Shown piece after piece: positions 38,651 to 48,334 of a stretch of 64,000 nucleotides of DNA (the stretch's first letter is position 1; each line of letters opens with the position of its first letter). The stretch comes from Thermoproteota archaeon. Its GTDB lineage: Archaea; Korarchaeota; Korarchaeia; Korarchaeales; Korarchaeaceae. The position numbers were made by a program, and so were the translations under genes. The notes beneath the pieces are model-generated. The model did not search any database and had not been told where the DNA came from. It worked only from the letters and a program-made list of their open reading frames with translations. The DNA is taken from positions 32,001-96,000 of the forward strand of contig JAOZFG010000004.1 of the NCBI GenBank assembly GCA_027491435.1. The letters run 5' to 3'.

Positions 38651-41500
38651 ATGAATAGGTCATTAGAACAAATTAAATTTACTGAATGCTTAAGAAAAGC
38701 CATCAAAGATAAAGGTATCGCCACGTTAACTAAAATACAAGAGAAGGCCATTCCCATAGTTAGCTCCGGTATAAACGCCCTTCTAATGGCCCCCACAGGT
38801 TCAGGAAAAACGGAAGCTGCCCTATGGCCAATAATTGAGAAATCTGCCAACTTTAGAGGGGAGAAAGGGTTTAAGGTAATCTACGTGACCCCACTAAGGG
38901 CGCTAAACAGGGATTTAGAGGAGAGGATAAAGTACTGGGCATCTGCCTGCGAACTTAGGGTCGGCGTGAGACATGGGGACACCTCAAAGGGAGAGAGAGC
39001 CTCCCAATCAAGAAATCCGCCTGACCTAATGATAACTACTCCAGAAACCCTACAAATAATGTTGACTGGGCCTAAACTATCCTCGCATATGAAATCAGTT
39101 AGGTGGTTGATTATAGACGAGGTCCACGAGCTGTTAGACGATAAGAGGGGAGTTCAACTCTCCTTGTTGGTCAAGAGAGTTGAGGAGTTATCCAATCACA
39201 GGGTCCAGAAGGTGCTAATATCGGCCACTCTGGGCAACCCGGAGCTGGCCTTACGATTCTTCTTAGGAGATGAGGAGGGGGCTATAATAAGGGCTGAAGA
39301 AGATAGGCCCGTGGAACTGGAGATACTCTATCCTACGCCGGAAAAGGAGGATTACGAACTATCTAAAAGGACACTACTAGAACCAGGCGTGGTAGCTAGG
39401 CTAAGGGCCCTTGAACGGAGCATAAGGTCAGCGAAATCGTCGATAGTTTTCACTAACACGAGGTCAATGGCCGAAGCCCTTGGCTACAGGATATCCACAC
39501 TCAGGGATTTGAAGGTTCACGTCCACCACAGCTCTCTATCTAAGGAGGCAAGGGTGGAGAGTGAAACGCTCCTCAGGGAGGGAAAGCTAGCAGCTGTCAT
39601 AAGCACCAGCAGTCTAGAGTTGGGGATAGACATAGGGCACGTAGACCTTGTAGTCCAGTACGGATCTCCAAGACAGGCGACTAAACTTGCTCAGAGGGTG
39701 GGTAGGTCCGGTCACGGGCCTGGAAGGAAGGCTAGAGGGATCATAATAACATTAGATTCAGATGACTTCTTGGAATCTTTAGTATTGGCCAGAAGGGTAA
39801 TCAGCAAGGAGATCGAGCCCATCAAACCTCTGTCTAAGCCTTACGACGTGCTCTTCCACTTCATAATGGGCCTCCTTATAAGAGAGAGGAGGGTCAGTTT
39901 AAGCAGAGTTCTGGAATTGGTCAGGAGAGCCTGGCCTTACAAAAGCTTGGAATATGAGGAGTTGAGGGCCCTCCTGGAGTTCATGTCCAAGTCTTGGCCT
40001 AGGCTGTTCTGGCTCAACGAAGATGACACATTATCCATAAACAGGGTGTATAGGAATACCTACGCCTATTTCTTCGAACACCTATCCACAATACCCGAGT
40101 CCACCAGCTATCCAGTCATAGATGACGAGACTGGATTTTACGTCGGTCAGCTGGATGAAGCCTTTGTCTTAGAGCACGTTCATCCTGGAGTTAAATTCGT
40201 CTTCAGAGGGGCCGTATGGAGGGTAAAAAGGGTGGAAGGAGGGAGGATATACGTAGAACAGTCGCCGGATCCTTTAGGGGCCATCCCGAGCTGGGTAGGG
40301 GAACAACTTCCCGTCCCCTTTGAGGTCAGTCAAGAGGTCGGCAGACTTAGGAGACGCTTCGAGGATCTCTACAGAAGGGGTCTTAGCTTAGAGGAGATAG
40401 CATCTGAGCTTAGAGACGAATACCCTTTCTTCAAGCTGGAAGAAGGCGTTAAGGCCCTTGAAACTTTGCAGAGCCATTTGAACAGGGGTTATCCTATGCC
40501 AACGGATGAAAGGATAGTCGTAGAGGAGGTACCCCCTGACGGGGTAGTGGTTCACTCTTGTCTGGGCACCCTGATCAACAGGACCGTCTCTAAGTACCTC
40601 TCCAAGGCGATACTAGACAGGTATAAGGTGAGAGTTCACACGTTTGACGACCAATGCAGGATAGTCGTTGTAGGGACTACTAAGGGCGTGGTGATGGAAG
40701 CTCTATCTGCTTTGGAGGTGGTTAGTCACTCCTACCTGGTTAAGGCCGTTGAAGATTCCTCCTTCTTTAGAATAAGGTTGCTTAATGTGGCTAAGAGGCT
40801 AGGCTTGATCAGGACTGGAACTAGTTCTAGGATAATAAGCCTGAGCAAACTAGCTAAGGCCTACGAGGGAACTCCTGTTTACAAAGAGGCCATAAGGGAA
40901 ACTCTAGTGAAGGATTTTGACGTAGAGGGCACTATCTCCTTCTTCAGGAGGGGAGTCACGTTACAACTATCTGAAGTCAAGGGCCCAAGCCCTCTATCCA
41001 TGATTGGCCTAAATAGATCTGCGGTCCTGTTGGAAATACTCCCCGAGGACAAGTTGAGCGAGAGGCTTTTAACAGACTTCAAGTACAGGCTGCTCAGACA
41101 ACAGATCTTCCTAACATGTTCTAAATGTTGGTCCTGGGGCTCCGACTTCACCGTGTCCTCTCTATTGGAATTGGATGAGGTAAGGTGTCCCAAGTGCGGG
41201 AGCTCCAGGGTAGTGGCTCTATCGGGCAAGTGGATCAGGAGAGCTAAAGGAGCATTAGAAGAAGCTAAGAGAGTAGGTAAGCCAATAGTAAGGGATTGGG
41301 AGTTGGCCAACAGGGTATATGAGTTGGGAAGGCTCGCTGAGAGGTACGGAAAGCTGGCGTTGGTGGCCATGTCCGTGAGGGGGCTAGACCCTATGGACGT
41401 CAGGGAGCTCATGATGAGACATAAAGAGTTGTCTGATGAGTTCCTAAAGGATCTGGCTAAAGCTGAAACCGAAGCCATAAAAAGAAAATTATTGAGTTAA
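38651..41500 (+). CDS. lhr: Lhr-family SF2 helicase with C-terminal Zn finger
   Basis: APTGSGKT, RHGDT, DEVH, HHSSLS, LELGIDIG, QRVGRSGH, IPSWVGE, CSKC...CPKC. Confidence 0.92.
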   Translation: MNRSLEQIKFTECLRKAIKDKGIATLTKIQEKAIPIVSSGINALLMAPTGSGKTEAALWPIIEKSANFRGEKGFKVIYVTPLRALNRDLEERIKYWASACELRVGVRHGDTSKGERASQSRNPPDLMITTPETLQIMLTGPKLSSHMKSVRWLIIDEVHELLDDKRGVQLSLLVKRVEELSNHRVQKVLISATLGNPELALRFFLGDEEGAIIRAEEDRPVELEILYPTPEKEDYELSKRTLLEPGVVARLRALERSIRSAKSSIVFTNTRSMAEALGYRISTLRDLKVHVHHSSLSKEARVESETLLREGKLAAVISTSSLELGIDIGHVDLVVQYGSPRQATKLAQRVGRSGHGPGRKARGIIITLDSDDFLESLVLARRVISKEIEPIKPLSKPYDVLFHFIMGLLIRERRVSLSRVLELVRRAWPYKSLEYEELRALLEFMSKSWPRLFWLNEDDTLSINRVYRNTYAYFFEHLSTIPESTSYPVIDDETGFYVGQLDEAFVLEHVHPGVKFVFRGAVWRVKRVEGGRIYVEQSPDPLGAIPSWVGEQLPVPFEVSQEVGRLRRRFEDLYRRGLSLEEIASELRDEYPFFKLEEGVKALETLQSHLNRGYPMPTDERIVVEEVPPDGVVVHSCLGTLINRTVSKYLSKAILDRYKVRVHTFDDQCRIVVVGTTKGVVMEALSALEVVSHSYLVKAVEDSSFFRIRLLNVAKRLGLIRTGTSSRIISLSKLAKAYEGTPVYKEAIRETLVKDFDVEGTISFFRRGVTLQLSEVKGPSPLSMIGLNRSAVLLEILPEDKLSERLLTDFKYRLLRQQIFLTCSKCWSWGSDFTVSSLLELDEVRCPKCGSSRVVALSGKWIRRAKGALEEAKRVGKPIVRDWELANRVYELGRLAERYGKLALVAMSVRGLDPMDVRELMMRHKELSDEFLKDLAKAETEAIKRKLLS

Positions 41501-42121
41501 TAGTCCAGCAGCTTTCAAAATCCTCTTAGCCGCTTCCTCAGGGTCGCCGGCCTTGGTGATGGCCCTGCCGACCATGACGAAGTCAGCCACCTCTCTGACC
41601 TTGGGTAAGCTATCCTCGTTGATCCCTCCAGCCACGCCCACCTTTATGCCAAATTCCCTCAGCTTGTCAACGAGCTCAAAGTCGGAGAATATTCCCTCAT
41701 CCACTCCCTTATGCAAACAGATCCTGTGAACCCCCAGCTTCATGAGCTCCCTCACTCTACTCTCTACATCCCTAACCCCCAGGGTATCTGCTAGGACCTC
41801 CTTTCCCCACTTATCCGCTTCTTTAACCGCTGAAAGTATGGTCTCATTAGGAGCCGCTGCCATAACGCTCATGATGTCTCCCCCTGACTTGAAGACCAAC
41901 TCGGCCTCTAGGGAGCCGGTGTCCATGGTTTTAGTGTCGGCGAAGATCGTGAGTTCAGGGAATTTCCTCCTAAACTCCTTTACAGCCCTCATACCCTCGC
42001 TCTTTATCAGGGGAGTGCCTATCTCCAGCTGTTTAAAACCTGCTTTAACAGCTTTCTCTGCTATCTGTAACGCATCGGTCAAGCTTATGAGGTCTAATGA
42101 GAGGAAAACTTCACGCAGCAT
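41489..42121 (-). CDS. hps: 3-hexulose-6-phosphate synthase (HPS/KGPDC family), stand-alone
   Basis: EIGTPLIKSEG, ADTKTMDTG, H-x-GVD, VAGGI, VGRAIT. Confidence 0.85.
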   Translation of the reverse strand: MLREVFLSLDLISLTDALQIAEKAVKAGFKQLEIGTPLIKSEGMRAVKEFRRKFPELTIFADTKTMDTGSLEAELVFKSGGDIMSVMAAAPNETILSAVKEADKWGKEVLADTLGVRDVESRVRELMKLGVHRICLHKGVDEGIFSDFELVDKLREFGIKVGVAGGINEDSLPKVREVADFVMVGRAITKAGDPEEAAKRILKAAGLLTQ

Positions 42122-42389
42122 AAAACCCCTCCAAGTACTTTTTCAACAGATATATAAAGGCAATCAGGATCAAGAGGGAGATTATGATCAGGGTGAAGGC
42201 CGTTAAAGGGGAGACGTCCCTCCCAACCGCCACGAAGAACGGTCCAACTACTACTATGACGTTACTTCCTTCCGGAGATTTAACTTGAGAGAAGCCTATT
42301 ATCATTATGCCGAACATGATCAGGGATGCTCCTACGAAGAGGAGGAAGGACCTGTAAAGATAAGCCCTTTCATCCTCCATGAAGGGCAC
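42111..42389 (-). CDS. Small DUF131-like membrane protein
   Basis: Two TM helices around VIVVVGPFFVAVG. Confidence 0.65.
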   Translation of the reverse strand: MPFMEDERAYLYRSFLLFVGASLIMFGIMIIGFSQVKSPEGSNVIVVVGPFFVAVGRDVSPLTAFTLIIISLLILIAFIYLLKKYLEGFYAA

Positions 42390-42615
42390 CCACCAGGATG
42401 AGCATGCTTATAGTCATTAGAAGGGCCATTCCCGCCAGCAATATGAGCCAAGTCACCTTAACGTTCTTACCAAACACTATAGGTATAGGGCCTATCAGGA
42501 TTATCCCGGCAACGGAACTCTCACTGGACTTAACTTTAATAGGCTTTATAAGGGCTAGCACTATCATGACGAGCCCTACGACTATTAACAGAACGCCTAG
42601 CAGGGTCAGCTCCAT
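42370..42615 (-). CDS. DUF131 (TIGR00304) small membrane protein
   Basis: AGIILIGPIPIVFG signature between two TM helices. Confidence 0.85.
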   Translation of the reverse strand: MELTLLGVLLIVVGLVMIVLALIKPIKVKSSESSVAGIILIGPIPIVFGKNVKVTWLILLAGMALLMTISMLILVGALHGG

Positions 42616-42616
42616 A

Positions 42617-43981
42617 CTAGCTTAGGATAAGTCTCTTCAGCTTTTTAATCATTCTCTTCTCCCCCCTGATCCTAACCTTATGGCCTTTCACCAGGGGGGT
42701 TGATAAGTTGAAACTGTAAGGCATGCCGGAGTTATCATAAATTGAGATGACCTCCACGCCAAATTCGTCCATGAGTTTGGCGACCGTGTAGTCCTGCATC
42801 CTTCCTGACACGACGAAGGAGTAGTAGTAGGGAGAACCCTCATCAAACCTAGGAGAGTCATATGGGTTAATTAAATCAACTCCTTCCAATATCTTGACTA
42901 TTCTCTTCGCAGCATTACCGTCCCCGAATGGATTAGTATAATCCTTCTTGGATAATTGATGTTCTTCCCTGTAGAAGAAATCCCTCACAGAGGCTATGAT
43001 CGTCGATGGATTGGTTCCAGCTATCTTGCCTAATCCTAAATCGATTACCTCAGGTCTCTCCGTGTTGTTCCTCAGTATAACACATGGAACCCTTAACGTC
43101 GCAGCTTCCTCCTGAACCCCGCCTGAGTCCGTAGCCACTATCTGAGATGAGGATAGAAGCTTTAGAAAATCTAAGTAACTAAGGGGCTCAGTTAAGATAA
43201 CGTGCTTAGTAGACAGCAGGTCATCCAGTAAATTGAATCCCTTCAAGGCAGCCTCAGTCCTGGGATGCAGCGGCCAAACCACGACGAACTCATCTAACTC
43301 CTTTATAGCCTTGACTATACCCCCCAACCTGTATTCCTTTTCGACGTTCTCTCTACGATGCACTGTCACAAGGAGTATGGGATCTTCCTCGGTCAAGTCG
43401 AGCTCCTCCATAACCCTGGATCTATTGGCGAGGGGTAGCATCCTATTAACGGCATCTACCACAGTATTTCCTGTGAGGAAGACTTTAGAGGGGCTTACCC
43501 CCTCTTCCAGCAAGTTAACCTTGGCCCTCTCGGTGGGGGCCATGTTAAAGGAGGCTATGTGATCGGCAATTCTCCTATTAATCTCCTCGGGCATGGAGAA
43601 ATCGTAACTCCTTAAGCCGGCCTCCACGTGGACGAAAGGTACCTCCTCCTTCACGGACGCCATTGCAGTGCCTACGACGGAATTAGTGTCGCCTACGGAG
43701 ATTACCAGATCCGGCCTATACTTCTCAAGAACGTCCTCGATTCCCACCATGACAGCTGCCGTCTGCCTGGATTGAGATCCGGAGCCCACGCCCAGGTGCA
43801 TGTCTGGCTCAGGCAGGTTAAACTCTTTGAAAAAGATGCCGCTCATGTTCCAGTCGTAGTGTTGCCCGGTGTGGACTAAAACGACGTCAAAAGTCTTTTT
43901 CCTATAGAGCACCTCCAGTATGGGAGCCATCTTTATTATCTCAGGTCTGGTGCCTACCGTCGCTAGGAGCCTCACTTCCAA
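42617..43981 (-). CDS. wecB: UDP-N-acetylglucosamine 2-epimerase with C-terminal extension
   Basis: GTRPEIIKM, HTGQHY, HVEAGLRS, PEEINR, TDSGGVQEE, TERPE, FGDG. Confidence 0.94.
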   Translation of the reverse strand: MEVRLLATVGTRPEIIKMAPILEVLYRKKTFDVVLVHTGQHYDWNMSGIFFKEFNLPEPDMHLGVGSGSQSRQTAAVMVGIEDVLEKYRPDLVISVGDTNSVVGTAMASVKEEVPFVHVEAGLRSYDFSMPEEINRRIADHIASFNMAPTERAKVNLLEEGVSPSKVFLTGNTVVDAVNRMLPLANRSRVMEELDLTEEDPILLVTVHRRENVEKEYRLGGIVKAIKELDEFVVVWPLHPRTEAALKGFNLLDDLLSTKHVILTEPLSYLDFLKLLSSSQIVATDSGGVQEEAATLRVPCVILRNNTERPEVIDLGLGKIAGTNPSTIIASVRDFFYREEHQLSKKDYTNPFGDGNAAKRIVKILEGVDLINPYDSPRFDEGSPYYYSFVVSGRMQDYTVAKLMDEFGVEVISIYDNSGMPYSFNLSTPLVKGHKVRIRGEKRMIKKLKRLILS

Positions 43982-44033
43982 TCACTCAACGCTATATGTA
44001 ACTGTTTTTAATAATCCCTAGCCGGGTGTCGGG

Positions 44034-46448
44034 GTGCAGGTGGTCATTATGCTCAAACCTGAGAGGGTTGTCAAGGCTTACATGTACACGACTAGGCTTC
44101 ATGCAGACTCGCTGGCAGAGGCTATAGTTGAATTTGATGACATACACGTTGATATCCCTGAGGGAGTTCCCGGGGTGAAGCCTCCCGAGGAGGTAAATAC
44201 GGCGACCCTCATGGAATACGAGAACATAGTCAGGGCGCTTGAAAGAATGAGTTCACTTACAGGGATATCTCTAGACGCGGTAATTTCAGAGCTCGTTAAG
44301 TTAGATCAGGGGATTAACGTAGAAAGTGAAATAAAAGAGTTAGACGACTTAGTCGGCAGGTATCTATCCCTCAGAAGGGAGCTGGATCTCGCTAAAAAGG
44401 TCAAATATCTTCTGAGGGAGAGGAGTAAGAGGATAGAGGAGCTAGAGGAAGAACTACTCAACCTGGAGTTAAAAATAAAAGAGTATTACAGCGCTACTCT
44501 GGAAATAACAGAAGAGGACCCAGCCAAGCTCAGATTAGGGAGGAACCTCATAGAAATAGGTAGGGGAATAATTAGACTCACCTCGTTGATCGAGACCTGT
44601 TTAGACAAATCCATGACCATGGATAACATCAAAGAAGTGTTAAAGAACGCCGCCGAAATTGTTGAGGAAATTTACACTAAAGTGAACTCTATAGAGGGGG
44701 AGGTGGGCAGCGACAGGGTTGCTGAGATGAAATCTATAATTGAGGAGCTAAAGGAAGATCTATACAACATAGTGAGCAAGATAGACGAATACTTGCTAAA
44801 CAAGGATAAGTTGGATGAGTTGAAGGCCGTAGAATCCATGTGGCTTAAGATGAAGGAGAGGGTAAGGAGGGTACCAGAACTTACGCCATTACTCGCTGAG
44901 AAAGAGCCAGCCATAGCTAAAGTTTCGCAACAGATATCTGAGTTATCCCAGGAGCTTGATGCAGCTGAACTCACGATAAGGAACGAGATATCTTCCTTGA
45001 GAGCAAAAGTAGGGGAGTTAGAGAACAAATTTGTAGATTTGAGGGACTCCCTCATTTCAATAAAGGTCGTTGCTGCTGGAGAAGCAGAGAAGAGGGTTGT
45101 GGAGCTCCTAGAAGAGGCCAAACCTCTGATAATAGAACTGGGGAAGTTGAGGGAGGAGGTGCAAAAGCTTTCTAAATTATCCGATAAGAAAGAACAAGAG
45201 AAAATGATTAAAGAGCTAAATGAATTAAAGGAAAAGATATTAGAAAAGTCGAGGAGGCTGGCATCCTACGCTCTCTCAATTAAGAGAGAAGCCGCTGTAC
45301 AGAAGGTTCGCACTATGATCTACGAAGGTGAAGAAGTTGCCATAGCTACGGGCTGGGTTCCGGCTAGGAAGACAGATGAGTTTGAAAAAGCTCTTAAGGA
45401 CAAGCTGGGGAATTACCTAGCCGTTGAATACGAAGAACCTAAAGAGGAAAGTAAAGCCCCTTCTAAAATAAAAATACCGAATATTTTAAAACCAGTCAGC
45501 TTGTTAGTGCACGACTTATATGGATTACCCTCTATATTTGAGATTGATCCAACGGTAATAACGTCAATTCTCTTCCCCCTAATGTTCGGGATGATGTACG
45601 GCGACATCGGTCATGGACTTACTATGGCCCTATTCGGCCTCTTCCTCTACATCAAGTTCTCTGGATCAATAAAGAAGCTGGGAGGACTAATGGTATATAT
45701 GGGAGTAGCTGCGGCATTCTTCGGGTATCTGTACGGTATGATGTTTTTCGTGGAAGTAATGGATCCCATTATAAGCCCAGTCCATGACACGATGAAGCTA
45801 ATGGCATTGGCTTTGGAGCTAGGAGCAGTTGCCATGATGATAGGGTTCTTCATAAACTCTGTTAACCGAGTCATTAAGGGGGAGATATTAGAGGCAATAT
45901 TCGAGCATGGGGGCATTGCCACGTTGCTCATGTATCTCTTCGCCGTAATAGCCGCTATAAGAAATGAAGCAGACATAGGGGCAACCGTGAAGGATCCCTT
46001 AATGATACCTGGTGCAGTCACCCTGTTGCTAGTCACAATAGTATTCCCCATAATTAAGGCGAAGATCCACAATCACCCGGTGGGCGAGGGGGTATCAGAG
46101 GCCATAGTGACCTTCTTAGAGAGTGTACTTGCCTTATTCAGCAACTCACTTTCCTTCATTAGGTTAGCAGCTTTCGCCGTCATACATGAGGTCTTTGGGG
46201 TGCTGGCCGCAACTTCCTTAATAGGGAAAGAAGTTGTAAAAATAAGCGACCTTCACTTGCTAATGAATCCTTTAATCCTGGTGGCTTGGATATTAATCAA
46301 CGTAGCTGTCATGGGGTTAGAGGGTATGCTCTCCTTCATACAATCCACCAGGTTGACCTTTTATGAGTTCTTTACCAAGTTCTACAGCGCTATAGGCAGG
46401 AGGTTCAAGAGAGTCTCGGAGCTCCTGGCCCTTACGACCTACTCATAA
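44034..46448 (+). CDS. atpI: A/V-type ATPase subunit I (a), elongated
   Basis: GWVP, YGLP...EIDPT, FGMMYGDIGHG, SFIRLAA (essential Arg), RLTFYEFFTKFY. Confidence 0.92.
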   Translation: MQVVIMLKPERVVKAYMYTTRLHADSLAEAIVEFDDIHVDIPEGVPGVKPPEEVNTATLMEYENIVRALERMSSLTGISLDAVISELVKLDQGINVESEIKELDDLVGRYLSLRRELDLAKKVKYLLRERSKRIEELEEELLNLELKIKEYYSATLEITEEDPAKLRLGRNLIEIGRGIIRLTSLIETCLDKSMTMDNIKEVLKNAAEIVEEIYTKVNSIEGEVGSDRVAEMKSIIEELKEDLYNIVSKIDEYLLNKDKLDELKAVESMWLKMKERVRRVPELTPLLAEKEPAIAKVSQQISELSQELDAAELTIRNEISSLRAKVGELENKFVDLRDSLISIKVVAAGEAEKRVVELLEEAKPLIIELGKLREEVQKLSKLSDKKEQEKMIKELNELKEKILEKSRRLASYALSIKREAAVQKVRTMIYEGEEVAIATGWVPARKTDEFEKALKDKLGNYLAVEYEEPKEESKAPSKIKIPNILKPVSLLVHDLYGLPSIFEIDPTVITSILFPLMFGMMYGDIGHGLTMALFGLFLYIKFSGSIKKLGGLMVYMGVAAAFFGYLYGMMFFVEVMDPIISPVHDTMKLMALALELGAVAMMIGFFINSVNRVIKGEILEAIFEHGGIATLLMYLFAVIAAIRNEADIGATVKDPLMIPGAVTLLLVTIVFPIIKAKIHNHPVGEGVSEAIVTFLESVLALFSNSLSFIRLAAFAVIHEVFGVLAATSLIGKEVVKISDLHLLMNPLILVAWILINVAVMGLEGMLSFIQSTRLTFYEFFTKFYSAIGRRFKRVSELLALTTYS

Positions 46449-46506
46449 TACCATAAATTTTTATTAGTAATGGGTTGAAGTAACGAAGCTCCGTTGGAGG
46501 CTTGGG

Positions 46507-46839
46507 GTGGTATGGATGTCCATGAAGGCTAAGAGGCTTATAGCCCGTGTAATACTTGCTATGCCCCTGCTCCTACTACCCGTATCGATAATGGTAGCTG
46601 CTGCTCCGGGAGAGGCCGGGACTGGAGATGCGGCTGGCCTTAAGTACATAGGGGCTGGCATCTCAATAGTAGGAAGTACGATCGCCGCAGGCATTGCACT
46701 TTACGGTATAGGCATAGGGGGTAGCGCTCTATTGGCTGAGAATCCCAACGCTTTCACTCAGGTCCTCATATTGGCTGGCTTGGCCGAAGGTGTGGCCGTT
46801 TACGGTATATTGATAGCCTTTATGATTCTTGGAGCTTAA
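46507..46839 (+). CDS. atpK: A/V-type ATPase proteolipid subunit K (c)
   Basis: Gly-rich helix, ENP loop, GLAEGVAVYG with ion-carrying Glu. Confidence 0.92.
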   Translation: MVWMSMKAKRLIARVILAMPLLLLPVSIMVAAAPGEAGTGDAAGLKYIGAGISIVGSTIAAGIALYGIGIGGSALLAENPNAFTQVLILAGLAEGVAVYGILIAFMILGA

Positions 46840-46898
46840 ACCCCCTTCCCATATTTTAATAAAAAGTATTTGCTTTCCGTCTACTCAGCTTTTTAAGG

Positions 46899-47801
46899 TT
46901 GGATGTTCCTCAAATGATGATGAGGCGCTCAACAGCGGTGGCACTTGCCACGTCCCTATTAGTCGTCTTTCACCTTAACGCTTTAGCTTTGACGGCATCT
47001 CCAATCAAGGCCAACGTCCCGATTTTCGTTCCAGCGGACGTTCCAGTATCTGGTTGGGTGTGTCTACCCAACGAGATGGCCGCTGGGCTTAAGGCCAAAC
47101 TTTACGTGGATGGGGATTACTTAACTGAAGGAGAAGCTAATGAGACGGGTTGCTACAGGGTGACCCTACCCCCTCTATCTCCAGGAAAACACGATCTATT
47201 TACGGAGATTTACAAGGGGCCATTGGAAGTAGCCACCATTTCGGCGGAGGTAACGGCAATTCCTAACATGATATACGTAGGTCCCAACCCTCTGACTGAA
47301 ATCCCTTTAGGCAGTCGCGTTAACGCTACCCTGATACTGATGAATAAATCGCCCATAGATCTGGAGGACGTCATCGTGGAGATAGAATCTCCAGTGCCTG
47401 CCTTCGGCGTTGGGATGACTAGGAGAGATAACGTATTAAAGGGAAGCTTTGGGAACGTTCCTGTGAACAGCACGCTGAAAATACCGTTAACGTTAGCTGT
47501 ACCTAGGACGTTTTCACTCAGAACTGGTGAGCTAAATATCAAAATAATTTACAAAATAGGGGATTTCACCTACGAGATAAAAAAGGTTGTGACGTTCACG
47601 GTAACGAAGGGAGGGACGGCGCAGATCGAGGCGAAGTTAACTACCTCCCAACCCACGACATCTACCAGCCAGACAGTGAGGCCCGATCTTGGAAGCAAGC
47701 CCAGCTTGGAGCTACCCTTAATTATACTGCTAATTGCGCTAATTGCCATGATGCTTGGCTTCATAGCTTTGATGAGGAGGAAGGGTAAAATTGAAGGATA
47801 A
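46899..47801 (+). CDS. Secreted, C-terminally anchored protein with Ig-like beta domains
   Basis: Signal-peptide-like N-terminus, beta-rich repeats, S/T-rich linker, TM plus RRK tail. Confidence 0.7.
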   Translation: MDVPQMMMRRSTAVALATSLLVVFHLNALALTASPIKANVPIFVPADVPVSGWVCLPNEMAAGLKAKLYVDGDYLTEGEANETGCYRVTLPPLSPGKHDLFTEIYKGPLEVATISAEVTAIPNMIYVGPNPLTEIPLGSRVNATLILMNKSPIDLEDVIVEIESPVPAFGVGMTRRDNVLKGSFGNVPVNSTLKIPLTLAVPRTFSLRTGELNIKIIYKIGDFTYEIKKVVTFTVTKGGTAQIEAKLTTSQPTTSTSQTVRPDLGSKPSLELPLIILLIALIAMMLGFIALMRRKGKIEG

Positions 47802-48330
47802 TAGAGGCAACAAAGTCATTCTAGTTGCTCACTGTCTCCTAAACCAAAACTCAGTAGTTTTAGGCAGGGCTAGGAGAAAGGGACCAGTTAAGGAGCTTCT
47901 AGATGAGCTAATTAAGGAGGAAGTGGGGATAATACAACTTCCCTGCCCTGAACTGATCCACTTTGGGGTTAGGAGATTCTGGCAGGTCAAGGAACAAATG
48001 GATAGCGTTGGCTTCAGGGAGACCTGTCGCAAGCTAGCTAACGAGGTAGCTAAAGCGGTGAGAGAGCTGGAAAGAGGAGGAGTCGAAATACTGGGAGTGA
48101 TAGGGGTAAAAGGAAGCCCTTCCTGCGCTGTTACTGAAGTTAACTCGGGCAATTGGGCCGGCCCTCCTCTAGAGGCCAAGGAAAAACGTAAAGTTCCTGG
48201 GATGGGCGTTTTCATGGAGGAGCTGTCCTTACTACTGGAGGAAGTTCCTTTTATAGATTGGGACTGGGATAACATAGACAGCTCCCTAAATGAGGTCAAG
48301 TCCATGCTGAGAGGTCAGCTCGGGGGGTGA
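47791..48330 (+). CDS. DUF523/TudS-related putative Fe-S desulfidase
   Basis: AHCLLNQN, QLPCPE, GSPSC, GVFMEEL. Confidence 0.85.
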   Translation: MKDNRGNKVILVAHCLLNQNSVVLGRARRKGPVKELLDELIKEEVGIIQLPCPELIHFGVRRFWQVKEQMDSVGFRETCRKLANEVAKAVRELERGGVEILGVIGVKGSPSCAVTEVNSGNWAGPPLEAKEKRKVPGMGVFMEELSLLLEEVPFIDWDWDNIDSSLNEVKSMLRGQLGG

Positions 48331-48334
48331 CCTT

